Shown one piece after another: positions 27,956 to 36,487 of a DNA stretch of 53,254 bases. A program made the position numbers and the translations under genes. Position 1 is the first letter of the stretch. Each line of letters starts with the position of its first letter. The notes beneath the pieces are model-generated. The model had not been told where the DNA came from. It saw nothing but the letters and a program-made list of their open reading frames with translations, and ran no database searches. Source of the stretch: a virus (lineage: Duplodnaviria > Caudoviricetes); the IMG/VR virus record IMGVR_UViG_3300010052_000163, positions 1-53,254 of that record; one strand, 5' to 3'.

Positions 27956-28813
27956 TTATTCGTCAAACTCAAACACCAGCACCGACCGCGACCGGCATCC
28001 GCAATACGGTGGCTGCCCCGGTCTGTCTCCACGCTCGGGTGGCGCATTAACCGTCCGCCCATCGACCGACTTGCCGACATTCGCAGCCACATCCGAATAA
28101 TAGACCCCATCGCGGGCGACATGCTGGGCGCGCGGGTGAAGCTTGCCGGAGTGTATCCATGCCCAGACTTCTATCCCGGCCTCGCGCCGGCGTTCATCGG
28201 CCAGGCTGTTCGACAGCTTCGACAATTGGTCGGCGGCGATCCGGCGCGCACGATCGCGCCCCATGCCCACCGCATCCGAAATCTCTTTCGCCACCTCACG
28301 CGCGGGCTTGCGCTGGGTCAGGCCCGAAAACACGGCATCGGATATGCGTTTCTTGATCTGTGCGGACACGTCGGCAACGAGGTCGACGTTCCAGCGCAGA
28401 TAGGCGTCGAGCGTGTCGCGCACGTCGTCGGGGCCGAGCATGGTTTGCAGGTCAACGCCGGTCGCGGATAGGATGGCGCCGCGCCATTTGGATCGCACGG
28501 ACGATTCGACCTTGAGCGTCCAATCCCTGAGCGAAGGCATCAACGCAAAAAACAACCGCTGAAACGCCGCCTCTGCCCCGTCGATCTGCGCTTGGATGTC
28601 GGCGGGGGCGTCAGTGGTGAGGGATGCGAGGGTGCGGGCGTATTCGTCGATGATCGAGGGGGCGGCCTGGGTCCAGACTTGGATTACGCCTCGGTACACA
28701 GAATTGAACAGGTCGGTCGCGAGCATCGCCGGCGCTGAGACTTCGCGCAGGACGATAGCGGATCGGCGGATATTGCGTGCGCGCCTCGACATCGCGGCCA
28801 GGTCGTAGCGCAT
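27956..28813 (-). CDS. Minor head protein (MuF/SPP1 gp7-like)
   Basis: RARRIAADQ, WIHSG...PRAQH..RDG, PGQPPYCGCR. Confidence 0.88.
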   Translation of the reverse strand: MRYDLAAMSRRARNIRRSAIVLREVSAPAMLATDLFNSVYRGVIQVWTQAAPSIIDEYARTLASLTTDAPADIQAQIDGAEAAFQRLFFALMPSLRDWTLKVESSVRSKWRGAILSATGVDLQTMLGPDDVRDTLDAYLRWNVDLVADVSAQIKKRISDAVFSGLTQRKPAREVAKEISDAVGMGRDRARRIAADQLSKLSNSLADERRREAGIEVWAWIHSGKLHPRAQHVARDGVYYSDVAANVGKSVDGRTVNAPPERGDRPGQPPYCGCRSRSVLVFEFDE

Positions 28814-28995
28814 CAGGCTTTCCGCAGCGGCATCACCAGATAGGCCCGCCAGCCGGTCGGCAGCGGACGTTCAACCAGATTGCCGCCGACCATTTGCTCG
28901 ACGCGAATGATGCGTCCGATGCGCCATCCGAACGGGCGCAGGACGCGGTTGATGAGGCTTCTCACCACGAACCCGACGAAATATCGCCGCCCCAT
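28813..28995 (-). CDS. Small basic hypothetical protein
   Basis: GAAGG RBS; TGATG coupling to MuF. Confidence 0.45.
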   Translation of the reverse strand: MGRRYFVGFVVRSLINRVLRPFGWRIGRIIRVEQMVGGNLVERPLPTGWRAYLVMPLRKA

Positions 28996-29022
28996 CCTTC
29001 GCGGGTCAGGTCAACATAGCCT

Positions 29023-30939
29023 TCACGCTTCATTGATCTTGCCTTTCCAATCCAAATCCAACGGCTCGAAAATCTCAGGCCCGAACGCCAGTTCGCCAGT
29101 GAACGGACGCACAGCCTCCAAATCCAGACCCGCGGGCGCCGAATAGGTGATCGTCACATGAGGCAGATATTCGGGATAATCATGCGATGCCCCGCCTCGC
29201 ACCATGTCGTCATGGCGCGAGGCGAGGTTCCACGATGCGAATTGCAGCACCACAGCACCCTCGCCAAAGCGTTCCAGCGCGCGCGGCCCGCCTGCCTTGA
29301 CCGTCAATCCGCCATCGTCCTCATTGCCCCACGTCTCGCCCATTTTCATCGGGTCGACGGGCTGTTTCGAATAGAGGACGGTGACGTGCATGTCCGATGG
29401 ATCGAGCGTCGTCGTGAAGCCGTTTGCCTTCGCCCATGCGATCAGCGCCTTTGCCGATGCTGGTTTCAGGTCGCGGCGGACATAGAGCGGGCGCGGGGTG
29501 GCGTCGGTGAACAGGCGGGCGAAGCTGTCATTCGCAGCACGGGCAGCGGGGACACGCGCCCCGCCCCCACGAGATACCGGATCACCTCCCTCCTGTGTCA
29601 ATGCGCTCGGGTCCGTGCCGTCGTCCTCGGATGCGCCGCCGAAGCGTTCTGCTTCGGGGATCTTGTCAAGGGCAGCATCAAGCCCCGGCAACCAACCCGC
29701 CTCGACCAGCCCGTTCTGATAGGCCTCGTTGAACGCGACCTCGGGAATGGCGCCAGACATCGAAACCTTGTCCATCGCCTCGGTCCACGTCTTGAAGCGG
29801 GTTGTTTCCTCGGTCTCGGTCGGAATGTTGAGCGGCGAAAACTGCCACCAGATTTCGGGCGGCCGCGAACCAAGGGCAGACGGGATGAGCGCGGCATCGA
29901 CCTGAACAAGGCAAGGCTTGGTCTCTATTTTCTGCCCGGTCTCGACGGTTTCGCGCCAGTTGTTCGCGTCCCCTTCGCCGGTCGCGTTCAACCCCTTCGC
30001 CGAAGTCCCCCAAAAGCGGGTGAACGGAATGTCGGAGGCGGCACAGAAAGCCTCAGCAAAGCCACGGATGATCTCGGGGATGCCAGTCCACGTCACTTGG
30101 TGGCGTTCGAGCTTTTCGCCGCCCTTGCCGTCTTTGTCGCCCAGGTCGTAGAGCTTGCCGTTGAACACGGACGACCCTTGCACCATCAAACCAAGGCGGC
30201 GCATCAAGCGGGCCTCGCCGTCGGTGGTGCTGACTATGTCGAGCAACCCAGACACGCCGATGTCGACGTTGAGGGAGTCCTTGATCATCGCCGCGAACGT
30301 CGCCAGCGCCTCGTCTAGGTTCTGCGCGGATTCGAGCAGCGACGGGACACGTCCGCGGCCCCAATAGCGATCCTCATGACTTCCGCGCCACATCGACGGC
30401 AGCGGTTCGCCTCGGAAGCATACGACGCGCGACGGGTGGATACGCGTGCGGTTATTTGTGCCGTTGAACGTCCAGAATTTCGGCTGGCCATAGGTCGGGC
30501 TGGTGATTTCCTCATCCCATTCCTCGCCAGTCAGGTGCCAGCGGGTAACGACGTTGATGGCGACAAGGCCCATCTTGCCCGTCACGTTGATCGGCATGGC
30601 AGGATCACCGGCAGCGACAAGGATCAGCGCGCCTCCGCCAAGCCCGCGCAAAATTTCGGCCTGTTTGGTCTTGGCTTGCAGCTGGTGCCGTTCTTCCTCG
30701 GCCTCGATCGCCTCGATTTGCTTTTTCGTCGCCTGCCAGTCGCGCCAAGCCCGGATGCGATCGGTAGCTGGGATATTGATGGCTTTGCGCAGGGACGGGC
30801 TAGCCTCAAACGCTTCCTCGATCTGGACTGGCGTGAGGTGGAGCGACGCATAGGTTCGGCCCATCCGCGCATCGGAGCGCGTCCCTAGGCCGGTGACGAC
30901 ATTTTGCAGCCCGTCAACGAAATTGCGCACGATGCCCAT
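29023..30939 (-). CDS. DUF1073-type portal protein fused to C-terminal Acb1/57B-like 2H phosphodiesterase
   Basis: Portal: RIHPSRVV.F, DIPFTRFWGTSAKGLNATGEGD; C-terminal ~155 aa with MHVTVLYS, GASHDYPEYLPHVTITY and FEPLDLDW. Confidence 0.88.
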   Translation of the reverse strand: MGIVRNFVDGLQNVVTGLGTRSDARMGRTYASLHLTPVQIEEAFEASPSLRKAINIPATDRIRAWRDWQATKKQIEAIEAEEERHQLQAKTKQAEILRGLGGGALILVAAGDPAMPINVTGKMGLVAINVVTRWHLTGEEWDEEITSPTYGQPKFWTFNGTNNRTRIHPSRVVCFRGEPLPSMWRGSHEDRYWGRGRVPSLLESAQNLDEALATFAAMIKDSLNVDIGVSGLLDIVSTTDGEARLMRRLGLMVQGSSVFNGKLYDLGDKDGKGGEKLERHQVTWTGIPEIIRGFAEAFCAASDIPFTRFWGTSAKGLNATGEGDANNWRETVETGQKIETKPCLVQVDAALIPSALGSRPPEIWWQFSPLNIPTETEETTRFKTWTEAMDKVSMSGAIPEVAFNEAYQNGLVEAGWLPGLDAALDKIPEAERFGGASEDDGTDPSALTQEGGDPVSRGGGARVPAARAANDSFARLFTDATPRPLYVRRDLKPASAKALIAWAKANGFTTTLDPSDMHVTVLYSKQPVDPMKMGETWGNEDDGGLTVKAGGPRALERFGEGAVVLQFASWNLASRHDDMVRGGASHDYPEYLPHVTITYSAPAGLDLEAVRPFTGELAFGPEIFEPLDLDWKGKINEA

Positions 30940-30982
30940 GGGGCGCGGTTATGCTTGGATGGGAAGTTCAGCCCTACCGCCA

Positions 30983-32215
30983 TCAAAGCGCGTTTTGCAG
31001 CGCCGCCCCATAGTCGTACCCGTCCATCTTGATCAGCGGCGACACCGAATAGCGGATGGCGTCAATCCAGTGGTTATTCGCGTCGACCAGCACCGGCAGA
31101 ATGTCGCCGGTGAGGCGATCTACCTTGTAACTGTAGAGGCGCATTTCCTTGATGACGTTGACGCAGCGCGGATGCACGACGATCTCGCGAAAGGCGCGCA
31201 GGAAGCGGATGCCGTCGTCAACGCTGCCCTGCCATTTTTCGGCGCCGATCGCTTTGGGCAGGCCGGACCGGGTGAGGATGCTGATCGAACCGGGCGAGGC
31301 GCTATCCCACCGGCTGATATGGTCGTCATAGCCGGGAATGTCCTCATTGACCCGCGCGGCAATGGCGTCGAGCTCAATCGCCCGACCGCCGGCTTCGTGG
31401 CTTATGTAGAGCGTGTCGCCGTGAATATAGGTTCGCACCGCCGCGGTCGGATCCTGCGCATAGCCGAAGTCGCCGCCCTGATACGGGCCGTCCCACGTCG
31501 ATGATGGCTCGAACTCCTTTTGCCGCCACTTGCCCGCGAACACTTGGGAATCGCTATTCGTCAGGTACGCGCCCTCCCAAATATGGGCATAGGTAGCGGG
31601 GTCCAATCGCTCCTGTTCACGCCTGCGCAGCGCATCAAGGCCGGGAGGAAAGAATGGGTTGTCGTTCCAATTGATTTCCGTGATCAGGGCGTTCGTCGGA
31701 GGGGTTTTGACGAAACGCTTATCGACGGGGGAGCCGTCAAGCCGCGGGTTCCATATCGCCCATAGCTCCGAATTGGGTTGGCGAAACACCGTGGCCTCAA
31801 GCGCCAGCCAGGACGCCTCTGCGACGTCCTCCGCTTCCTCGACGATGGTCAGGTCGATCTTTGCCAGCGACTTGATGCCGCCGGTATTGTGCCGCAGCCC
31901 GCGGAAAAGAAACTCGGTCCCATTGCGTCCGCGCAGATAGTCGACGCCGACGTCGTAGTGATCCTCAAGCCATGGGTAGGTGGCGATGGCCGATTTCAGT
32001 TCGGCGTGGAACGATTCCTTGATCGACACCTGCAGGTCGCGGGTACACAGCACGCGCAACGGCTCGGCATATCCCCACACGGCCGCCATAAGCGCCGCGC
32101 TGAACGACTTTGCCGACCCTCGTCCGCCCTTTGTCGCGCGATACTGCACGGAACCACGCGGCGGGGCGTAGATCGGGACGAGCTTGGGGGGGAGTATAAT
32201 TCGGGCTTCGGTCAC
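30983..32215 (-). CDS. terL: Terminase large subunit (PBSX family)
   Basis: GGRGSAKS, VEEAE, WNP, GGDFGYAQDP, DANNHWIDAIRY. Confidence 0.95.
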   Translation of the reverse strand: MTEARIILPPKLVPIYAPPRGSVQYRATKGGRGSAKSFSAALMAAVWGYAEPLRVLCTRDLQVSIKESFHAELKSAIATYPWLEDHYDVGVDYLRGRNGTEFLFRGLRHNTGGIKSLAKIDLTIVEEAEDVAEASWLALEATVFRQPNSELWAIWNPRLDGSPVDKRFVKTPPTNALITEINWNDNPFFPPGLDALRRREQERLDPATYAHIWEGAYLTNSDSQVFAGKWRQKEFEPSSTWDGPYQGGDFGYAQDPTAAVRTYIHGDTLYISHEAGGRAIELDAIAARVNEDIPGYDDHISRWDSASPGSISILTRSGLPKAIGAEKWQGSVDDGIRFLRAFREIVVHPRCVNVIKEMRLYSYKVDRLTGDILPVLVDANNHWIDAIRYSVSPLIKMDGYDYGAALQNAL

Positions 32216-32664
32216 TTCGCCGCTTCGATGACGATCTTTGTGGGGATAGGCCCGCCGTTCGGTCCGCTATGCTCGGTCTTGTCCGTGAAAAGTTTCAGGT
32301 GCTTGCCGAGCAGTTCGGCGCCTTTGAGCACGCCCATCGCGTTGAACGTGTAGGCCAGCGCCATGCCACCGTCCTCGGTCTCGGTCATCACGTGCTCGCC
32401 CTTACGATCAAGCACCGGCTCGACCTGCTTGCATCGCTCGATTGTCGATACGATGGTGCCGAGCACATAATCTGCCGTTATTTCAGTGCGTTGGGCTCGT
32501 TTGTCCATCGCCGCTTGGATTTCTGCCGCAATTTCAGGTTTTTTGAGGTTCTCGTCACCGATCTGCCCAGCCGTCTTTTCGCTATACCCAGCCCGAATTG
32601 CCGCCTGAGTAGCGTTCAAGTCGATCAGGTATTCGCGGACGAAAGCCTCTTGCTTCGGTGTCAT
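32212..32664 (-). CDS. terS: Terminase small subunit
   Basis: TPKQEAFVREYLIDLNATQAAIRAGYS, ELLGKHLKLFTD. Confidence 0.95.
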   Translation of the reverse strand: MTPKQEAFVREYLIDLNATQAAIRAGYSEKTAGQIGDENLKKPEIAAEIQAAMDKRAQRTEITADYVLGTIVSTIERCKQVEPVLDRKGEHVMTETEDGGMALAYTFNAMGVLKGAELLGKHLKLFTDKTEHSGPNGGPIPTKIVIEAAK

Positions 32665-32864
32665 GCTTCATTCCTCAAAAACCGCACCCGAGCCGCCTTC
32701 AACCGCTCCCCGCCGAGCATGATGTACCAGCGATGGGCGCAGCGTTTGCCGAACATGCGATTTACCTTCGACCATCCGTGCTGGACGAACGTCGGCTCAA
32801 ATTCCGGCGCGGGTGGGCGCAGGGTCTTGGTGGAGTATGGGCGGGGGCGGGTTGCTATGGTCAT
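32661..32864 (-). CDS. Hypothetical basic protein
   Basis: ATGA coupling on both sides. Confidence 0.55.
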   Translation of the reverse strand: MTIATRPRPYSTKTLRPPAPEFEPTFVQHGWSKVNRMFGKRCAHRWYIMLGGERLKAARVRFLRNEA

Positions 32865-33226
32865 TGGACGGCTCCGTCTGCAATCAAGGCTGGCACGATC
32901 GGGCGGTGCTTGGCGATCAGGTCGGCCATATCCCGCACAAGGTTGTGCTGCTCGGAACCAGCGCCCCAGCAATTCCCGGCGGCGATGACCAGTTCATCCA
33001 TCTTGGCGATCGGAACCACCGCATAGCCCGCGCTCTTGATTGCCGCGAGAGCCTGCGTGGCATTGTGGAGCGCCTGTTCAATGTTTCCGCCATAGGTCAT
33101 CTGGGCATATCGCTCGGCTGTCTCTTGGTCGTCGCCATCCTTGAGGCAGTAGGCGATGAATTTTTCGCGAGACCGAAAAGTCAGCGGGTCGATCGCCAGC
33201 GCGATTTTCTGAATCAGGTCACTCAC
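32861..33226 (-). CDS. Hypothetical protein
   Basis: Coupled; AIKSAGYAVVP. Confidence 0.65.
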   Translation of the reverse strand: MSDLIQKIALAIDPLTFRSREKFIAYCLKDGDDQETAERYAQMTYGGNIEQALHNATQALAAIKSAGYAVVPIAKMDELVIAAGNCWGAGSEQHNLVRDMADLIAKHRPIVPALIADGAVQ

Positions 33227-33783
33227 AACGCCGCATCCTCATCAATAGCCCCGAACCCGGTCGAAGCCGCCATTTCGGCCAGCTGATAGAAATACTCCCG
33301 CGCATCCGGTGTCGCCCGGTTCCAGCAGCGCACGATCTCGGTGGCGATGCGCGAGACCTCATCCCCATCGTCGAACAGCTTGCCCGTCTCGACCTTGTGC
33401 TCGACGACATGGTGATGGGCCGTGCGTTCGTTCCAATGCTCGTCGACCGCCTGCTTGAGCATCCGCTGCCGCGTCGCCTCATCCTCGACCTTCGCGATCT
33501 GCTTGCACACGTCGAACGAGACTTTGTCGGTGCGCCATGACGGGGGGATGAGGCGCGCGACCTTGGCGTCGGAGATGGCGCGTTTGGGGTCATACCCTAT
33601 CGCTTCGAGGAAAAGCTGCATTTGCGGATCCTCGCCGAAATGCGCCTGGCCAAATTCGAGGGCATCCGCGATCTGCCATTCGACGTTGCGCTTGTCGGCA
33701 ATCAGCCGGCGCATGTCGGTCGCCCATGCTTCGAGGGTGACGATCGGGGTGGGCGCATGTTCAAGGACGGTCATGGCGTTCAT
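33223..33783 (-). CDS. Hypothetical protein
   Basis: GGAG RBS before MNAMTV; helical composition. Confidence 0.65.
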   Translation of the reverse strand: MNAMTVLEHAPTPIVTLEAWATDMRRLIADKRNVEWQIADALEFGQAHFGEDPQMQLFLEAIGYDPKRAISDAKVARLIPPSWRTDKVSFDVCKQIAKVEDEATRQRMLKQAVDEHWNERTAHHHVVEHKVETGKLFDDGDEVSRIATEIVRCWNRATPDAREYFYQLAEMAASTGFGAIDEDAAL

Positions 33784-33959
33784 GTGAATAGGTCTCCGGT
33801 CTGGCGCTTGTGGATGGGGTTGGCTTTGGCGTGCTCGACGCAGAACAGGGCATATTCCCTCGAGACCTGCCAAGTCGGGAAACGACGGCGCAGTTCGTCG
33901 ATGTCGATGCTGCCCTGTCGGAAGGCGATCAGGTCGAGGTGGAGTTTCTGGACGGTCAC
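33780..33959 (-). CDS. Hypothetical protein (59 aa, GTG start)
   Basis: MTVQKLHLDLIAFRQGSIDIDELRRRF...; coupled to downstream gene. Confidence 0.5.
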   Translation of the reverse strand: MTVQKLHLDLIAFRQGSIDIDELRRRFPTWQVSREYALFCVEHAKANPIHKRQTGDLFT

Positions 33960-34036
33960 TTTTCCGCAACCTCGGCCAAAAAGCGCGAAAGACTTTGGGG
34001 GAGGCTATCCTCCCTCTTTTCTTTCTTTTCTCTTTT

Positions 34037-34213
34037 AGGTTGTGGAAGAAGTATAAAAAGGGGTGGATTCTCTAAGGCTCCACAACCTTTCCACGACCTC
34101 GAAAATAGGTTGTGGAGAGGTTGTGTTCCACGACCTCGAAAATGGATCGGGCGCACGTCTCCACGACCTGAGGTTGTGGATTCCACGACCTTTCCACGAC
34201 CTTTCCACGACCT
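34037..34213. repeat. Iteron array, putative phage replication origin
   Basis: About 11 copies of TCCAC(G/A)ACCT in both orientations next to a T/C-rich tract, immediately downstream of the VirE-like gene. Confidence 0.8.
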
Positions 34214-34227
34214 CTGAGGGGGCTTTA

Positions 34228-35409
34228 TCATGTCGGCCTCACCCATATTCGGTAGGTTTTTCCGTTTCGATCTTTCGGCGTTTTCGAGACGAAGCCGATC
34301 TCTTTAAGCGCCTTGGCGACGCGCATCTGGGCGCGCTTGTCCTTTCGTTCGTGAGGGATGCCCAATTCGGTGAGCGCCCGGTCGGATGTTACCTCCGTCA
34401 GATTGGACAACTTGTCGGAGAGCACCGGAGCCCAAGCGTCCTGCTCTTGGCGTTCGGATGTTTCGACATCCGCCAAAGCATTCTCATCCCCATCAAGCCA
34501 CCAGCGTTCGCCCTCGCGATATAGGTGATACGCCTCGGCCCAAAGCTGGTCGCGCTTTTCGATGATGCCGGCGATGTCGATCTTCGTGACACTGACGGGC
34601 CAATAGCGCCGGTTTCCGGTGCCGTCGGTCAGATAGCCCATGTCGTCGGGATTGATCGTGCCGAAGAATATGCACCGCCGAGGATGGGTCGACGCCGACT
34701 TGGCATAAGGCAGGACGACGCGATCGGAGCGCATCGAGATCAAGCCTTTGACGGCATTCATGTCCTTGCGGATGACGGCGACGAATTCGGCCAGCTCGAC
34801 GCACCACGCGCCCATCATCTGCATGACCATTTTGCTATGCTGATCGAACAGGCTGACGGACTCGGCCGTATATTCCTCGCCGAACAGCGTCGCGATGGCG
34901 CTTGATTTCTTGAGCCCTTGATCGCCTTCGAGGACGACGATCGTGTCGACCTTGCATCCCGGCTCCATCGCGCGCGCGACGGCGCTGATCAGCACTTTCG
35001 GGCCGACCAATTGAACGAATGGCGTATCGGGCGCGCCGAGGAGCGTCTGCATCCACCGGTGGAGGCGCTTGGTCCCGTCCCATTTCAGCGGGGTCAGATA
35101 ATCTACGACGGGGTTGTACGCGGATTCGCGGCACACGCGATCGATGGCAGGTCGCACGTCGCGATCCTGCGGCTGATAATTCTCGCGCTCCATCAAGAGC
35201 CGGATATCGACGACGTCGGGATCCTCGATCGGCTTGCCGCGCCATTCGATTTCCTGCGTCATCTCGTTGAAGCGCAGGTTTTTGCCGAGCTCGGGCAGGC
35301 CGCGGATATGCGCCATCGTGTTGGTCAGATTCCGCTTCGGACCCTTGTCGCCCATCTGGAGGTTATGCCGCCAGGCGTGAAGTTCGTGGACTTTGGCCGC
35401 CATGGTCAT
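34228..35409 (-). CDS. VirE/VapE-like P-loop replication ATPase
   Basis: PGCKVD.IVVLEGDQGLKKSS, ELAE, GTIN..YLTDGTGNRRYWPV, RDQLWAEA. Confidence 0.9.
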   Translation of the reverse strand: MTMAAKVHELHAWRHNLQMGDKGPKRNLTNTMAHIRGLPELGKNLRFNEMTQEIEWRGKPIEDPDVVDIRLLMERENYQPQDRDVRPAIDRVCRESAYNPVVDYLTPLKWDGTKRLHRWMQTLLGAPDTPFVQLVGPKVLISAVARAMEPGCKVDTIVVLEGDQGLKKSSAIATLFGEEYTAESVSLFDQHSKMVMQMMGAWCVELAEFVAVIRKDMNAVKGLISMRSDRVVLPYAKSASTHPRRCIFFGTINPDDMGYLTDGTGNRRYWPVSVTKIDIAGIIEKRDQLWAEAYHLYREGERWWLDGDENALADVETSERQEQDAWAPVLSDKLSNLTEVTSDRALTELGIPHERKDKRAQMRVAKALKEIGFVSKTPKDRNGKTYRIWVRPT

Positions 35410-36167
35410 GCTGCCCTCTGATAATTGGTGGGCGCGTGTACGCGCGGGATGGGCTTGCGGATCATGCGGTTCAGCGTCTTGACGTCGATGCCTTCGCCAG
35501 CGGTGATTTCCTCGGCGAAAGGCCAGTCGATTTTCTCGATTTTGCCAATCGCCAGCGCCGAAGGGGGGCGACCATGCCACGCTGGCGGGATATTCGCCTC
35601 GCGCTGGGCAATGCGCGCCGAGTGGACGTGTTCAAGGCGCGACCGGGCAAACTCCCGCGCCCATGTCTTGGCGTCGGAGTGGACAGTGAATTTCCTGGTG
35701 GAGATCGGCTCGATCAATTGAGGCGCCTTCGACTTAAAGATTGATGCCCGTCCTTTGCCGTCAATCAGCACGATGTCGGTGATCGGGATATGATCGGTCG
35801 TCATCGGGCTGGGGGCGGGGACGGCAATTGCCAGCTTCCACCCGTCGAGATTAACCGCCGTCATGCCCCCGAGCGCCAGCGTTGGCGTCGTCGCGGGGTT
35901 CAGGTCGAGCATCCGGCACTTCCACTGGTGCGCCGATTCCCATTTTGTCCGTTCTGTTCGGCGGGCCGCGCGCCACAGTTTGTCCGGCGTGTCTGGTTCG
36001 TGGGCGTCGAGGGCTTGGTGGATTTCGTCGCAGAGTTTCGACATGGCGCGTACGTCGGCGATCGAGTTCATCGGCTGGTCGATCGCTTCAAGGATGGGAC
36101 CGAAAACCTGTTCAGTTGCCAGTTCGGCGCCGAGTGACGACGCCATGATGATGTCGCGGCGCCTCAC
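35406..36167 (-). CDS. Hypothetical replication-region protein
   Basis: Coupled between VRR-NUC and VirE genes. Confidence 0.65.
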   Translation of the reverse strand: MRRRDIIMASSLGAELATEQVFGPILEAIDQPMNSIADVRAMSKLCDEIHQALDAHEPDTPDKLWRAARRTERTKWESAHQWKCRMLDLNPATTPTLALGGMTAVNLDGWKLAIAVPAPSPMTTDHIPITDIVLIDGKGRASIFKSKAPQLIEPISTRKFTVHSDAKTWAREFARSRLEHVHSARIAQREANIPPAWHGRPPSALAIGKIEKIDWPFAEEITAGEGIDVKTLNRMIRKPIPRVHAPTNYQRAA

Positions 36168-36487
36168 AGCAAACCCTCCAATTGAAGGGTATTTTTGACG
36201 TCATCGACGGACCATGCCGGGAACGCGAGGCCGCCGGCGCGAACGACAGCATCGGCAAATTTTTGCTGATCGGTCTTGAGCTTGTCCCGCCCGATCTTGG
36301 CATCGATCCAGACCGAACGGCCCTTGATACATGCTGAGATGTCGAGGCGTCCCTTTTTGCCGATCTTCACCGGGCGTCCGGCCTTGTCGAACAACAGGCC
36401 CGGGGTTTCGATGTGGCATGACAGGCCGCCGATCTCAGATATGAAGATGCGGATTTTCTTGACCAGGTCGTCGTGGGGGGCGCTCAT
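36164..36487 (-). CDS. VRR-NUC nuclease
   Basis: GRLDIS...WIDAK..DKLKTDQQKF...AGG...WSVDD. Confidence 0.82.
   Translation of the reverse strand: MSAPHDDLVKKIRIFISEIGGLSCHIETPGLLFDKAGRPVKIGKKGRLDISACIKGRSVWIDAKIGRDKLKTDQQKFADAVVRAGGLAFPAWSVDDVKNTLQLEGLL

Noticed and set aside
34037-34213. CRISPR-like array
   Set aside because: Repeats are 10 bp, in mixed orientation, with irregular short gaps and no cas genes; fits iterons.
33956-34246. 96-aa ORF over the origin
   Set aside because: The translation mirrors the iteron repeats; probably non-coding.
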